A stretch of DNA of 64,000 nt from Gammaproteobacteria bacterium (GTDB lineage: Bacteria; Pseudomonadota; Gammaproteobacteria; UBA4575): NCBI GenBank assembly GCA_033344735.1, contig JAWPMW010000001.1, positions 911,869 through 975,868 on the forward strand, given 5' to 3'. The stretch's first letter is position 1; each line of letters opens with the position of its first letter. Below, piece after piece: positions 9,380 through 19,771 of the stretch. The translations under genes were made by a program, and so were the position numbers. Under the pieces are notes generated by a model, which was given only the letters and a program-made list of their open reading frames with translations, was not told the origin of the DNA and did not search any database.

Positions 9380-12139
9380 ATGGCAGCTAACCCAAAAGAT
9401 TTAAAAGAATTAAAAACGGTTGAGTTCTCGTTAAACGGAGAAAAAATTCACGCGTTTGAAGATGAAACAATTTTACAAGCAGCACGAAGAAACGGCATAG
9501 AAATTCCACATTTATGTTATACCGATGGCATGCGCGCTGATGGCAACTGTCGTGCTTGTGTTGTTGAGATTGAAGGTGAACGTGTTTTACAACCATCGTG
9601 TGTTCGTACTCCAACTGAAGGCATGGTTGTTAGTACTGAAAATGACCGCGTTCTACATTCACAAAAAATGGTGCTTGAATTATTACAGTCAGACATCGTC
9701 GATAAAAAATATACTTTAAATAGCGAGCTTGATGAATGGTCACAAAAACTTGAAATTGGCTTGCCACGTTTTGAATCACGTCATAATCCTGAACAAGATC
9801 TATCTCACCCAGCAATTGCTGTAAATTTAGATGCTTGCATTCAATGCACACGTTGTTTACGTGCCTGCCGAGAAGAGCAGAACAATGATGTAATTGGCTA
9901 CGCTAACCGTGGTTCACATTCTGAAATTGTGTTTGATATAGCGGATCCGATGGGTGATAGCTCATGTGTCGCTTGCGGAGAATGTGTGCAGGCTTGTCCG
10001 ACGGGCGCTCTGATGCCATCAAAAGAATTAGGCCTGCAGGAACCAGACAAAAAAGTAGATTCAACCTGCCCTTACTGTGGTGTTGGCTGTTTACTTACAT
10101 TCAACATCAAAGATGAAAAAATTATTTACGTTGAAGGCCGCGATGGTCCCGCCAATAAGGGGCGGCTATGTGTCAAAGGGCGCTATGGTTTCGATTACAT
10201 CCATAATGAGCGTCGTTTAACCAAGCCTTTAATTCGCAAAGAAGGTGCAGCTAAAGTGACAGACATTGAAAATCTCTCGCAAGATGAGATTAGTGCAATG
10301 TTTAGAGAAGCCACTTGGGATGAAGCATTAGAGTTTGCTGCTAAAGGTCTTCGAGATATTCGTGATGACCTTGGTGGCAATGCACTAGCAGGCTTTGGTT
10401 CTGCTAAAGGCTCAAACGAAGAAGCCTACTTATTCCAGAAACTAATTCGCACTGGCTTCAAGACTAACAACGTTGATCACTGTACACGTTTGTGTCATGC
10501 CTCTTCTGTTGTCGCATTACTAGAAGGTTTGGGTTCAGGTGCAGTTTCCAATCAAGTTGCTGAGGTTGAAGACGCAGAAGTAATTTTAATTATTGGCTCA
10601 AACCCAACGACCAACCACCCAGTGGCTGCGACATTCATCAAGAATGCTGCGCGTGATGGTAAAAAATTAATCGTTATGGACCCTCGCCGCACTGAGATTG
10701 CACGTCACGCAGATTATGTATTGCAATTCAAACCAGACACAGATGTTGCCATGCTAAATGCCATTATGCATTCCATTGTTAAACAAGGCTTAGTGGATAA
10801 AGACTTTATTGAAAAACGTACAGAAGGTTATGCTGAACTTGAAGAACATCTAAAAGATTTCTCTCCTGAAGAAATGGAAAAAATCTGTGGCGTTCCTGCA
10901 GAAACATTACACGAGGTAGCACGAGTTTATGCATCTTCTAAAGCATCAATTATTTTCTGGGGCATGGGTGTTTCACAGCACATTCATGGCACCGATAATG
11001 CACGTTGTTTGATTGCATTATCATTAATTACCGGCCAGATTGGCAAACCCGGTTCTGGTTTACATCCCTTGCGCGGTCAAAACAATGTGCAAGGCGCATC
11101 AGATGTGGGCTTAATTCCAATGGTTTTCCCTGATTATCAACGTGTGGATAACCCAGAGGCACAGGCTAGATTTGAAAAACTTTGGGACACCCAATTAGAT
11201 CCTAACCCAGGGTTAACCGTAGTAGAGATCATGGACGAAATCACTGATGGCAAAATTTTAGGTATGTACGTTGAAGGAGAAAACCCTGCAATGTCTGACC
11301 CCAACTTAAACCACGCGCGTAAAGCCTTAGCATCACTAAAACATTTAGTCGTACAAGACATATTTATGACTGAGACCGCATTATTTGCTGATGTAGTTCT
11401 CCCAGCCTCTGCTTTCCCCGAGAAAGATGGCTCGTTTACCAATACTGATCGTCGCGTACAACTTGGACGCCAAGCAGTTAACCCACCAGGTGAGGCCAAA
11501 CAGGACTTGTGGATAATCCAAGAGATAGCCAAACGTTTAGACTGTGATTGGAACTATTCAAGTCCAAGTGACGTATTTGCAGAGATGCGTTTAGGTATGG
11601 ACTCAATTAAAGGCATGTCGTGGGAACGCTTAGAACAAGACAATTCAATCACATATCCATGTGATACCCCTGAAGATCCGGGTCAAGGCATTATATTTAT
11701 TGATGACTTCCCTACTGCAAGCGGTAAAGGCAAATTAGTGCCAGCCAAGTTTACTAATGCTGATGAATTACCTGATAGCGAATATAGTTTTGTATTAATC
11801 ACTGGCCGTCAATTAGAACATTGGCATACTGGTGCAATGACGAGACATGCATCAATGTTGGACGCAATTGAACCAGTACCAGTGGCATCAATTAACCCAA
11901 AAGATCTAGAGAAATTAGGATTAAAACCAAACGAAATGATCCGTTTAAGCTCACGTCGTGGCAGCATTGAATGTTATTCGCGTGTTGATAGTGGTTTGAG
12001 ACAAGGCCAAGTATTCATGCCATTCTGTTATCATGAAGCAGCTGCTAACCTATTAACGACAGATGCACTAGATCCGTTTGCTAAAATTCCAGAATTTAAA
12101 TTCTGTGCAATCAAATTAGGTCCGGTCGAAAAACATTAA
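9380..12139 (+). CDS. fdsA: NAD-dependent formate dehydrogenase alpha subunit (molybdopterin, NuoG-like N-terminal Fe-S domains)
   Basis: N-terminal 2Fe-2S (CYTDGMRADGNCRAC), two 4Fe-4S motifs (CIQCTRCLRAC, CVACGECVQACP) and a molybdopterin domain with HCTRLCHASS. 919 aa. Confidence 0.9.
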   Translation: MAANPKDLKELKTVEFSLNGEKIHAFEDETILQAARRNGIEIPHLCYTDGMRADGNCRACVVEIEGERVLQPSCVRTPTEGMVVSTENDRVLHSQKMVLELLQSDIVDKKYTLNSELDEWSQKLEIGLPRFESRHNPEQDLSHPAIAVNLDACIQCTRCLRACREEQNNDVIGYANRGSHSEIVFDIADPMGDSSCVACGECVQACPTGALMPSKELGLQEPDKKVDSTCPYCGVGCLLTFNIKDEKIIYVEGRDGPANKGRLCVKGRYGFDYIHNERRLTKPLIRKEGAAKVTDIENLSQDEISAMFREATWDEALEFAAKGLRDIRDDLGGNALAGFGSAKGSNEEAYLFQKLIRTGFKTNNVDHCTRLCHASSVVALLEGLGSGAVSNQVAEVEDAEVILIIGSNPTTNHPVAATFIKNAARDGKKLIVMDPRRTEIARHADYVLQFKPDTDVAMLNAIMHSIVKQGLVDKDFIEKRTEGYAELEEHLKDFSPEEMEKICGVPAETLHEVARVYASSKASIIFWGMGVSQHIHGTDNARCLIALSLITGQIGKPGSGLHPLRGQNNVQGASDVGLIPMVFPDYQRVDNPEAQARFEKLWDTQLDPNPGLTVVEIMDEITDGKILGMYVEGENPAMSDPNLNHARKALASLKHLVVQDIFMTETALFADVVLPASAFPEKDGSFTNTDRRVQLGRQAVNPPGEAKQDLWIIQEIAKRLDCDWNYSSPSDVFAEMRLGMDSIKGMSWERLEQDNSITYPCDTPEDPGQGIIFIDDFPTASGKGKLVPAKFTNADELPDSEYSFVLITGRQLEHWHTGAMTRHASMLDAIEPVPVASINPKDLEKLGLKPNEMIRLSSRRGSIECYSRVDSGLRQGQVFMPFCYHEAAANLLTTDALDPFAKIPEFKFCAIKLGPVEKH

Positions 12140-12154
12140 CCTAGATGTATCCTT

Positions 12155-12189
12155 CCAATCTCTGAGGTAGCAAATATGCCAGAGATTGG
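12155..12189. terminator. Stem-loop (10-bp perfect stem, 15-nt loop) just after the fdsA stop, possible terminator
   Basis: CCAATCTCTG-aggtagcaaatatgc-CAGAGATTGG. No clear T-tract follows, so intrinsic-terminator status is uncertain. Confidence 0.35.
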
Positions 12190-12213
12190 TAATTCTCCCA
12201 TTGAAATTACCCT

Positions 12214-12242
12214 ACCTTATATAAAGTTAAATTATATAAGGT
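12214..12242. promoter_or_regulatory. Perfect 11-bp inverted repeat (ACCTTATATAA-n7-TTATATAAGGT), candidate operator upstream of the His-rich protein gene
   Basis: Seen directly in sequence, about 160 bp upstream of the ORF at 12403. Confidence 0.3.
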
Positions 12243-12402
12243 ATTTCAATGTCAACCAATTAGCTTCTTCTTCGTTATAAGCAGTAAGAATTGTCGTTTT
12301 ATTACGATCTATTTCTTAAGCGCATTAAACTAAATAATTCACCATACGTTTAGTGCAGTCTTAAAATTTATGCCTTCGCAAAAGGCTTAAGGAGATTTAG
12401 CG

Positions 12403-12711
12403 ATGTCGATAAATTTCACCAAATCAACAACAATAGCTGGAACGGTATTATTACTTTCTTTATCTACTAGCAGTTTTGCTAGCGGCATCTATGGAAGTGT
12501 TGGATATGGACATCACCCTATCCATATAGTGGTCGGTTACAATGGACATGGTAAACATTATGGCCATAGACGCCATCACTACAAGCACTACAATCATAAA
12601 AGGCATTACAACCATCATAGACGTCATTACTATAAGCATGCTTACAATTACGGGCACAAAGCTCGTCACCATTATAATCAACCTAGAAAATATTGCAGAT
12701 CTGGATATTAA
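12403..12711 (+). CDS. Secreted His/Tyr/Gly-rich highly basic small protein (102 aa), putative metal-binding
   Basis: Signal peptide MSINFTKSTTIAGTVLLLSLSTSSFA followed by repeats of HYxH/RHHY/GHG. About 25% His. RBS aaggag 6 nt upstream. Followed by a terminator. Confidence 0.5.
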   Translation: MSINFTKSTTIAGTVLLLSLSTSSFASGIYGSVGYGHHPIHIVVGYNGHGKHYGHRRHHYKHYNHKRHYNHHRRHYYKHAYNYGHKARHHYNQPRKYCRSGY

Positions 12712-12734
12712 TAATTAAATAAAAAACTTGATAC

Positions 12735-12764
12735 AAAAAAGGCAAACTTAACGTTTGCCTTTTT
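12735..12764. terminator. Bidirectional rho-independent terminator between the His-rich gene (+) and folP (-)
   Basis: aaaaaaGGCAAACttaacGTTTGCCttttt: stem flanked by A-run and T-run. Confidence 0.7.
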
Positions 12765-12788
12765 AAATTCTAAATTCTTATGAGAGTT

Positions 12789-13616
12789 TTATTTACACAT
12801 TTTAATTGCATAACTAACATCTGCAGCCTGACGATTCTGCCAAACATCATGCACTCTAAATATTTTAACTCCTGCTTCTACACCTAATGCTGTAGTAGCA
12901 CAGGTTGCTGGCATGCGCTGCGACGGATCTTCAGTCGCACACACTTCACTCATAAATCGCTTTCGACTTGTACCTAACAATACAGAATAATCTGTTTCGC
13001 AAATTTGATTAAGCTGGTTTAACAATTCAAGATTATGTTGGGTACGCTTACCAAAACCAATTCCAGGATCCAAAATAATATTATTTTTAGATAGCCCTAA
13101 ATCTTGTATTTTTAATGCTTGCGTGACTAAGAATTCTTTAACTTCTTTTGCAGCATTAACATAACTCGGATTATCTTGCATATTATCTGGGCGACCTTGC
13201 ATATGCATAATGCAATATGGCACATTGCGTTCAGCAACTAGTTTCATAAGATTTGCATCGTCAGTACCACCTGTCACGTCATTAACAAATCCAGCCCCTG
13301 CATCTAAAGCTGCTTCTGCGACATCACTTAATGTAGTATCAATGCTAATAAGCACATCATCAGAAATTTCCTGAGATAAAGCAGAAATGACATCTAATAC
13401 ACGTCGCTTTTGTTCTACAGCATCAACACGCTCAGAACCGGGACGAGTAGACTCTCCACCAATATCAATAATATCTGCACCTTCATCCACCATCTCCAAA
13501 CCGCGTGCAACAGCATCTCGTGTACTTACATACCTTCCTCCATCTGAAAAACTATCGGGAGTGACATTTAATATGCCCATTATTAACGGACTTTGCTTAT
13601 ATAGAAGTTTACTCAT
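12789..13616 (-). CDS. folP: Dihydropteroate synthase
   Basis: GILNVTPDSFSDGG N-terminus and Pterin-binding domain motifs. 275 aa. Confidence 0.9.
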   Translation of the reverse strand: MSKLLYKQSPLIMGILNVTPDSFSDGGRYVSTRDAVARGLEMVDEGADIIDIGGESTRPGSERVDAVEQKRRVLDVISALSQEISDDVLISIDTTLSDVAEAALDAGAGFVNDVTGGTDDANLMKLVAERNVPYCIMHMQGRPDNMQDNPSYVNAAKEVKEFLVTQALKIQDLGLSKNNIILDPGIGFGKRTQHNLELLNQLNQICETDYSVLLGTSRKRFMSEVCATEDPSQRMPATCATTALGVEAGVKIFRVHDVWQNRQAADVSYAIKMCK

Positions 13617-13622
13617 GATTGA

Positions 13623-14543
13623 TTACTCAACATTTATACGCTGTATATCTATAGAACTACCGACACCAATTTTCATTAAATCATAACCCATGACAACATC
13701 ACCAGAATATTGTTGTTTAATTTCATCAATTACCTGACTCTCGGGCACACCAAATAATAAAACGTGGTTGAGAACCGTCATTTTTGGTTTAGTTTTATTT
13801 AAAGTATCAGCCATTTGCTCAGGATTTGTATGGTAGGCCACCACACTAGATAAACGCTTATTTCGTTTTAGCAATGATGGACTTGCTGCAGTAATTTCAT
13901 GAATCAGCAAATCTGCCTGCTGCGTATTTTTAATAAGATTTTCGGAGTAAGTAGTATCCCCTGAAATCACGACTGTTCGATCACCAAATTCAATTCGATA
14001 ACCATAGGCTGGTTTAACAGGTGAATGCTCGACGAGAAAAGCACTTATTTTGACATCTTCTTTTTCATAAATCGTATTAGGCGTAATTTCGACACTTTCT
14101 ATTTTTGCCTTTTCATCATCATGGCCAACATTTGCAACACGATATGAAATATCAGCTGCATACGCATTACGCAAACCCTCAACCAACTGATGGGTACCTA
14201 ACGGCCCATGAACATTTAATTTTTCCTGCCGCTGCCACACCCAGCCAGTAATCCATAAATCATCTAATCCCGAGATATGATCTGAATGTAAGTGTGTCAA
14301 AAACACCTTATCAATTTGATTAGGCGTGATGCCTGCTTGTTGAAGTCGAATCGTTGCCCCTCGACCAACATCAAATAGAAAATATTGACCGCCCGCATTA
14401 ACTAAAGTCGCTGACCCAAAACGCTCGATACTTGGTCGAGGAGTCCCTGTTCCTAGAAGGGTGACTTCCATATAGTCAGCATTTGCTGATTGCAGCAATA
14501 CGATTGATAAAAGCAATAAATTTAGTGTTTTTGTCATCGTCAT
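13623..14543 (-). CDS. Secreted MBL-fold metallo-hydrolase
   Basis: Signal peptide. THLHSDHISG metallo-beta-lactamase HxHxDH motif. Confidence 0.75.
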   Translation of the reverse strand: MTMTKTLNLLLLSIVLLQSANADYMEVTLLGTGTPRPSIERFGSATLVNAGGQYFLFDVGRGATIRLQQAGITPNQIDKVFLTHLHSDHISGLDDLWITGWVWQRQEKLNVHGPLGTHQLVEGLRNAYAADISYRVANVGHDDEKAKIESVEITPNTIYEKEDVKISAFLVEHSPVKPAYGYRIEFGDRTVVISGDTTYSENLIKNTQQADLLIHEITAASPSLLKRNKRLSSVVAYHTNPEQMADTLNKTKPKMTVLNHVLLFGVPESQVIDEIKQQYSGDVVMGYDLMKIGVGSSIDIQRINVE

Positions 14544-14614
14544 AATGAATCAGTTATTTTTCAACCTATTCAACACTCCACGAAACTTGTCATAACCATG
14601 GTAATGACAGAAAT

Positions 14615-16408
14615 TTATTTACTAACCTTCAATACCGCTAAGAATGCAGCTTGAGGCACTTCTACACTACCAATCTGCTTCATGCGTTTTTTTCCTTCTT
14701 TTTGTTTTTCTAATAATTTTTTCTTACGAGTAATATCTCCACCATAACATTTTGCAGTTACATTCTTGCGTAAAGCTTTAATGGTGGTACGTGCAATAAT
14801 TTGTGTTCCTATGGCAGCTTGCACAGCCACATCATACATTTGGCGCGGTATAAGATCTTTTAGCTTCACTGCCAATGCATTGCCATAAGTGCGCGAATGA
14901 TCAGTATGCACAATGACTGACAATGCATCGACTCGCTCACCATTAATTAATATATCCAGCTTCACTAATGGTGATGCTGAAAAATGTGAATGATGATAGT
15001 CAAACGAGGCATAACCACGACTAACAGATTTTAACCGATCAAAAAAATCTAGCACCACTTCATTCAATGGAATATCAAATGTAATGGCCACTTGGCTTCC
15101 GTGATATACAAGATTCTTTTGCACACCACGTTTTTCTATACACAATGTAATCACATTTCCCACATACTCATGTGGCACTAATATATTTGCAGTTATAACA
15201 GGCTCATGAATTGAGTCTACTTTATTTGTTGGTGGCAATTCTGCTGGATTATGAATATCTAAAATTTCGCCGTTCGTTAAATGAATCTGATAAACAACAG
15301 TAGGTGCTGTAGTGATTAAATCTAGATCATATTCACGCTCTAAACGTTCTTGAATAATTTCCATATGCAACATACCCAGGAATCCACAGCGAAAGCCAAA
15401 ACCTAATGCCTGCGAAGTTTCTGGTTCAAATGAAAATGATGCGTCATTTAATTTCAGTTTATCCAGCGCATCACGAAAATTTTCATAATCATCAGAATTA
15501 ACTGGAAAGATACCTGCGAATACATTGGGATTAACTTCTTTAAATCCTGACAAGGGTTCTTCTGCTTGTTTATCAGATGAAGTTAAAGTATCACCCACTT
15601 TTGCACTAGAAATATCTTTGATTCCACAAATCAAGAATCCTACTTGCCCGGCAGATAATTTATTACGTTCTTCTCGTTTAGGGGTAAACACACCAAGCCT
15701 GTCAACCTGATAAGCTCGCCCCGTAGACATTGAAATAATCTTTTGTTTTGGCCTAAGACAACCATCAAATACACGTACTAATGTAATAACGCCTACGTAG
15801 CTATCAAACCATGAATCAATAATCAGTGCCTTTAATGGTTTATCAGGATCACCCTGTGGTTCAGGAATGTTGTTGACTAGCGCTTCTAATACATCTTCAA
15901 CACCTTGACCGGTTTTTGCACTGACTAAAATCGGGTCAGTCGCATCAATGCCTATTACTTCTTCAATTTCTTCAGAAACGCGCACTGGTTCTGCTGCTGG
16001 TAAATCGATCTTATTCAGTATCGGTAGTACTTCTAACCCTAACTCAACTGCGGTGTAGCAGTTAGCGACACTCTGTGCTTCTACGCCTTGAGACGCATCG
16101 ACAATTAACAATGCGCCTTCGCATGCAGCTAAGGATCGTGAAACCTCATAAGAAAAATCGACATGTCCTGGCGTATCAATGAAATTCAGGTCATAGGTAT
16201 TTCCATCTTTAGCCTTATAAGGTAACGACACCGCCTGAGCTTTGATGGTTATGCCTCTTTCTTGCTCAAGATCCATTGAATCCAGTACTTGTGCACTCAT
16301 TTCACGGTCGCTTAGACCACCGCAATGCTGAATAAAGCGGTCGGCCAGGGTCGATTTGCCGTGATCAATATGAGCAATAATGGAAAAATTTCGTATGTAT
16401 TTCATCAA
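14615..16408 (-). CDS. lepA: Elongation factor 4
   Basis: [19 protein letters not shown]1 motif. Full-length LepA with C-terminal LepA-specific domain. 597 aa. Confidence 0.95.
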   Translation of the reverse strand: MMKYIRNFSIIAHIDHGKSTLADRFIQHCGGLSDREMSAQVLDSMDLEQERGITIKAQAVSLPYKAKDGNTYDLNFIDTPGHVDFSYEVSRSLAACEGALLIVDASQGVEAQSVANCYTAVELGLEVLPILNKIDLPAAEPVRVSEEIEEVIGIDATDPILVSAKTGQGVEDVLEALVNNIPEPQGDPDKPLKALIIDSWFDSYVGVITLVRVFDGCLRPKQKIISMSTGRAYQVDRLGVFTPKREERNKLSAGQVGFLICGIKDISSAKVGDTLTSSDKQAEEPLSGFKEVNPNVFAGIFPVNSDDYENFRDALDKLKLNDASFSFEPETSQALGFGFRCGFLGMLHMEIIQERLEREYDLDLITTAPTVVYQIHLTNGEILDIHNPAELPPTNKVDSIHEPVITANILVPHEYVGNVITLCIEKRGVQKNLVYHGSQVAITFDIPLNEVVLDFFDRLKSVSRGYASFDYHHSHFSASPLVKLDILINGERVDALSVIVHTDHSRTYGNALAVKLKDLIPRQMYDVAVQAAIGTQIIARTTIKALRKNVTAKCYGGDITRKKKLLEKQKEGKKRMKQIGSVEVPQAAFLAVLKVSK

Positions 16409-16433
16409 TGAGTGGGCAAAAATATTTGGTAAA

Positions 16434-16466
16434 CAATAAAAAAGCGGGCTTAGTCAGCCCGCTTCC
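16434..16466 (-). terminator. Rho-independent terminator downstream of the HtrA-family protease gene
   Basis: Minus strand reads GAAGCGGGCTgactaAGCCCGCTTTTTTATTG: 8-bp stem followed by a T-run. Confidence 0.6.
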
Positions 16467-16506
16467 AATGATACAACGCAATTATGGGGGAAATGTTTAC
16501 TAACTG

Positions 16507-17943
16507 CTACTTTTCCTCGTCAGCAGGGATCTTAAGCGCAAGGAATTGTGGACCTTGTCTGCGCTGGACCAAGATAGAAGCAAATTTACCTTTAGGTAAT
16601 TTTTCTACTATTTCCTTAAGACCCACCACCGTCTGAATTTTCTCGCCGTTAATTAGCTGTAGTACATCACCTTTACGTATACCTGCTGATTTTGCCGCAC
16701 CTTCAGCAACAGACGATATATACAATCCATGGGATAATTCAGATTCCTCTAGCTCATCTTTAGTTAATGCACGAACATCCATTCCTAGTATACCGTCAGA
16801 CACCTTCTCTACGGCCTCACCTGCCACTACTTGATCAGAGTCTGGTAATTGACCAATTATCACTTTCACGGTGCTTAACTTGCCATCACGCATTATTTTG
16901 AGTTTTACTTGCTCACCTACTCGCACTCGTCCCACCATTGGTGGCAGTGCTGCAGAATTTTGTACTTCTTGTCCATTAAAGAAAAGAATTACATCACCAA
17001 CTTTAATGTCGGCATCTTCGACTGGGCTACCATCCATAATTTTTGCAACTAATGCACCCATGGGTTTATCCATTCCAAATGACTCAGCTAACTCCCGTGT
17101 GACCTCTTGAATGTAAACACCTAGCCAACCACGCGATACATATCCATTTTCTTTAAGTTGATCAATAACATCCATCGCCACTTCAACAGGAATCGCAAAC
17201 GACAGGCCCATAAAGCCACCAGTACGACTGTATATTTGCGAGTTAATGCCAACCACTTCACCATCTAAATTGAATAATGGTCCACCTGAATTGCCAGGAT
17301 TAATTGCCACATCTGTTTGAATGAAAGGAACGTAGTTTTCATTAGGAAGGCTTCTACCTTTTGCACTAACAATACCTGACGTTACAGAATGATCAAAACC
17401 AAAAGGCGAGCCAATTGCTAAAACCCACTGGCCGACTTTTAGCTTTGTTGCAGAACCCAATTTCACCACAGGTAAATCTTTTGCATCAATTTTCAATAAC
17501 GCTATGTCACTACGTGGATCACTACCTATAAGCTCTGCTTCAAGTTGGCGTCGATCACTGAGTTTCACAATAATCTCATCAGCGCCTTTAACTACATGAT
17601 GATTAGTAACAACATAACCATCGTCAGACACAATAAAACCAGAACCTAAAGAACGAGAATTAAAGTAATCTTCATGCGGACCTTGCTGACCTCCAAAAAA
17701 CTTTTCGAGAAAATCACCCAATGGGCCATCTTGTGGAATGTCAGGAATTTCGGCATTAGGAGGTAGTCCACGACGTGCTGGCTGTTGCTTAGTAGTACTA
17801 ATATTCACCACTGCACCAGCATTATTTTCTACTAACTTAGTAAAATCTGGTAGGCCGTGCTCTGCATTAGCAATACTGCTATATGCAAATATAATTAAAA
17901 TTAAGAAATATAATAAATGTAACGTTCTATTTGTTTGCAACAA
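16507..17943 (-). CDS. Periplasmic serine endoprotease DegP/DegQ/MucD (HtrA family, two PDZ domains)
   Basis: Signal peptide. Trypsin-like domain with GNSGGPL. Two PDZ domains. Position after rseB as in the algU-mucABCD cluster. Confidence 0.85.
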   Translation of the reverse strand: MLQTNRTLHLLYFLILIIFAYSSIANAEHGLPDFTKLVENNAGAVVNISTTKQQPARRGLPPNAEIPDIPQDGPLGDFLEKFFGGQQGPHEDYFNSRSLGSGFIVSDDGYVVTNHHVVKGADEIIVKLSDRRQLEAELIGSDPRSDIALLKIDAKDLPVVKLGSATKLKVGQWVLAIGSPFGFDHSVTSGIVSAKGRSLPNENYVPFIQTDVAINPGNSGGPLFNLDGEVVGINSQIYSRTGGFMGLSFAIPVEVAMDVIDQLKENGYVSRGWLGVYIQEVTRELAESFGMDKPMGALVAKIMDGSPVEDADIKVGDVILFFNGQEVQNSAALPPMVGRVRVGEQVKLKIMRDGKLSTVKVIIGQLPDSDQVVAGEAVEKVSDGILGMDVRALTKDELEESELSHGLYISSVAEGAAKSAGIRKGDVLQLINGEKIQTVVGLKEIVEKLPKGKFASILVQRRQGPQFLALKIPADEEK

Positions 17944-18092
17944 AGCTATTCTCCTTCAAAAAAGCAGCTTTTTGTATTAGTAGTCTCACTTATGCTTGAT
18001 TCTTATATATTCCATTAGAATCATGATTCATTCCATTTTACGAATCACTTTACTACTGACAAAACCGACTAACGAAAAGTTCTCAAATAATT

Positions 18093-19112
18093 TTACTGTT
18101 CACCATGAACAATTGACGAACCGATCATTTTAACGGTCTCATTTGGCACTTCTCCTAGCACAGTAATTTGATGGTTATCAAACCCTCTAGAAAAAGCATT
18201 GATTGATCCGCGTCTACTTAACCCTTCAAACATTTTACTAAGTTTACGTGGCTTGATAATAAACACTGATACTGAAGCAACACCATCAGATACCACCATA
18301 TGGTGTACTGGCTCATCACTGGTTGTCATTAAACGCTGACTTATTTTACTCACAGAAAAACCAGGAGGTAGCTTTGATACACGCCAGCTTTTTTCATAAT
18401 TTTGTTGGATTTGCGCTTTCTCGCCCGGATGCTTTGATTTGCGCCATGTGAAGCCCTCTATATCATTTTCAGGGTGAAAATTAATATGATCCACAGACTC
18501 TAAGTACTGCACATTAGTAAACATCACTTCTTCAAGCAAATGCCCACGAGGATGAATCATTTTAGATCGAAGAAGCATTCCACTTTCAGGTTCAATACAT
18601 AATTCATAGCCATATCGAAATTGATCAATGGGCTTAATTGCAAGTACCTTGCAGTCATGCTCTGCAATTCTACTAACTGAGCCTGAAATAACCGTATAAT
18701 TTTGAGTAAGACTCTCTAACTCTCTTGGTACGATAGTTGGAATACCATGATGAGCGGAGGATGGATCTACAGTCACCAAATTACGCATAGGCCAAACACA
18801 CGTGACTGTCTCATCATCTCGCACTACTTCGCGAGGTTCACCACTTAACGAAGTTAATCGCTCTTTGACTTCCCCATCGACAACACCATGAACAATTCGC
18901 ATCGAATCTAATTGGCCATTGTGCATAAAAACAAATGTGCCTTGATAATTCACTTTATCGACGTGGTTAAGCATTTTTGTTATTAGCTCATGACCCTCCG
19001 TATTGGCATTAATTTGTACTGGTGTGGTGGTAGGAGTTTGTGCTTGCACATAAGTTGCAAACATAATAATTCCTATGGTCACTATAGATCGCATGGAATT
19101 ATTCTTTAACAT
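18093..19112 (-). CDS. rseB: Sigma-E regulatory protein RseB/MucB
   Basis: Secreted 339-aa protein immediately downstream of and overlapping the anti-sigma gene. The rpoE-rseA-rseB order is conserved. Confidence 0.65.
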   Translation of the reverse strand: MLKNNSMRSIVTIGIIMFATYVQAQTPTTTPVQINANTEGHELITKMLNHVDKVNYQGTFVFMHNGQLDSMRIVHGVVDGEVKERLTSLSGEPREVVRDDETVTCVWPMRNLVTVDPSSAHHGIPTIVPRELESLTQNYTVISGSVSRIAEHDCKVLAIKPIDQFRYGYELCIEPESGMLLRSKMIHPRGHLLEEVMFTNVQYLESVDHINFHPENDIEGFTWRKSKHPGEKAQIQQNYEKSWRVSKLPPGFSVSKISQRLMTTSDEPVHHMVVSDGVASVSVFIIKPRKLSKMFEGLSRRGSINAFSRGFDNHQITVLGEVPNETVKMIGSSIVHGEQ

Positions 19113-19749
19113 CCTTCAGCTCAATTATTTCAACGTAAGGAGAAATAATACGTTGGCTTCCATAGCCAGCATGACCTTGGATATAAGGATTCAACTCTTG
19201 ATAATATACTTTTTCTTCTACTTGAGGATTACTCTGTATAGCTTCCAGCTGTTGAACTGTAGCGGGCGCAAATTCAACTTGCTGAGAATCATTTATTGCA
19301 ATTGATTCAGCAGGCATCATCTCATCGGCAGCTTCCTGTTGACTAATAGCAACTTCTGGAATATCTACAGCAGTAGGTTGATTGAAATTTTGATAGGTGA
19401 CAATTGAAAATGCTGCAACTGATGCAGCAACTGCTAAGCCGGCAACTTGCTTAACATAACTACCGACACGTTTAATACTTGCTTTGGCTGGAGACTCTTG
19501 TTCTTGCTCATAACCTTCTTTACTGATTGCCTGCATAACTTGTTGTGAAAAATCATTATCAATTTGCGCAGGAAAGTGTTTATTCATAATAGCGCTAACT
19601 GCATTATAACGTACCCAAGTTTTTTCACCTTCAGGTTTTGCTAGCACACTGGAATTTAATCTACGTCTTTCAAATTCCGATAAATCTTCATCAATACTTG
19701 CACTGATTAATTCCAGATCTTTTTCAGATATTTCTGTTTCTATACTCAT
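19099..19749 (-). CDS. rseA: Anti-sigma-E factor RseA/MucA
   Basis: Immediately downstream of rpoE. N-terminal anti-sigma region (LISASIDEDLSEFERRRL) and a single central TM helix (VAGLAVAASVAAFSIV). Confidence 0.6.
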   Translation of the reverse strand: MSIETEISEKDLELISASIDEDLSEFERRRLNSSVLAKPEGEKTWVRYNAVSAIMNKHFPAQIDNDFSQQVMQAISKEGYEQEQESPAKASIKRVGSYVKQVAGLAVAASVAAFSIVTYQNFNQPTAVDIPEVAISQQEAADEMMPAESIAINDSQQVEFAPATVQQLEAIQSNPQVEEKVYYQELNPYIQGHAGYGSQRIISPYVEIIELKDVKE

Positions 19750-19771
19750 AATAGTGACTCTATTAAAATAA

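Noticed and set aside
12460-12681. 73-aa minus-strand ORF opposite the His-rich gene
   Set aside because: Antisense artefact of the repetitive CAT/CAC-rich coding sequence (translates as Met/Val/Ile-rich low complexity).
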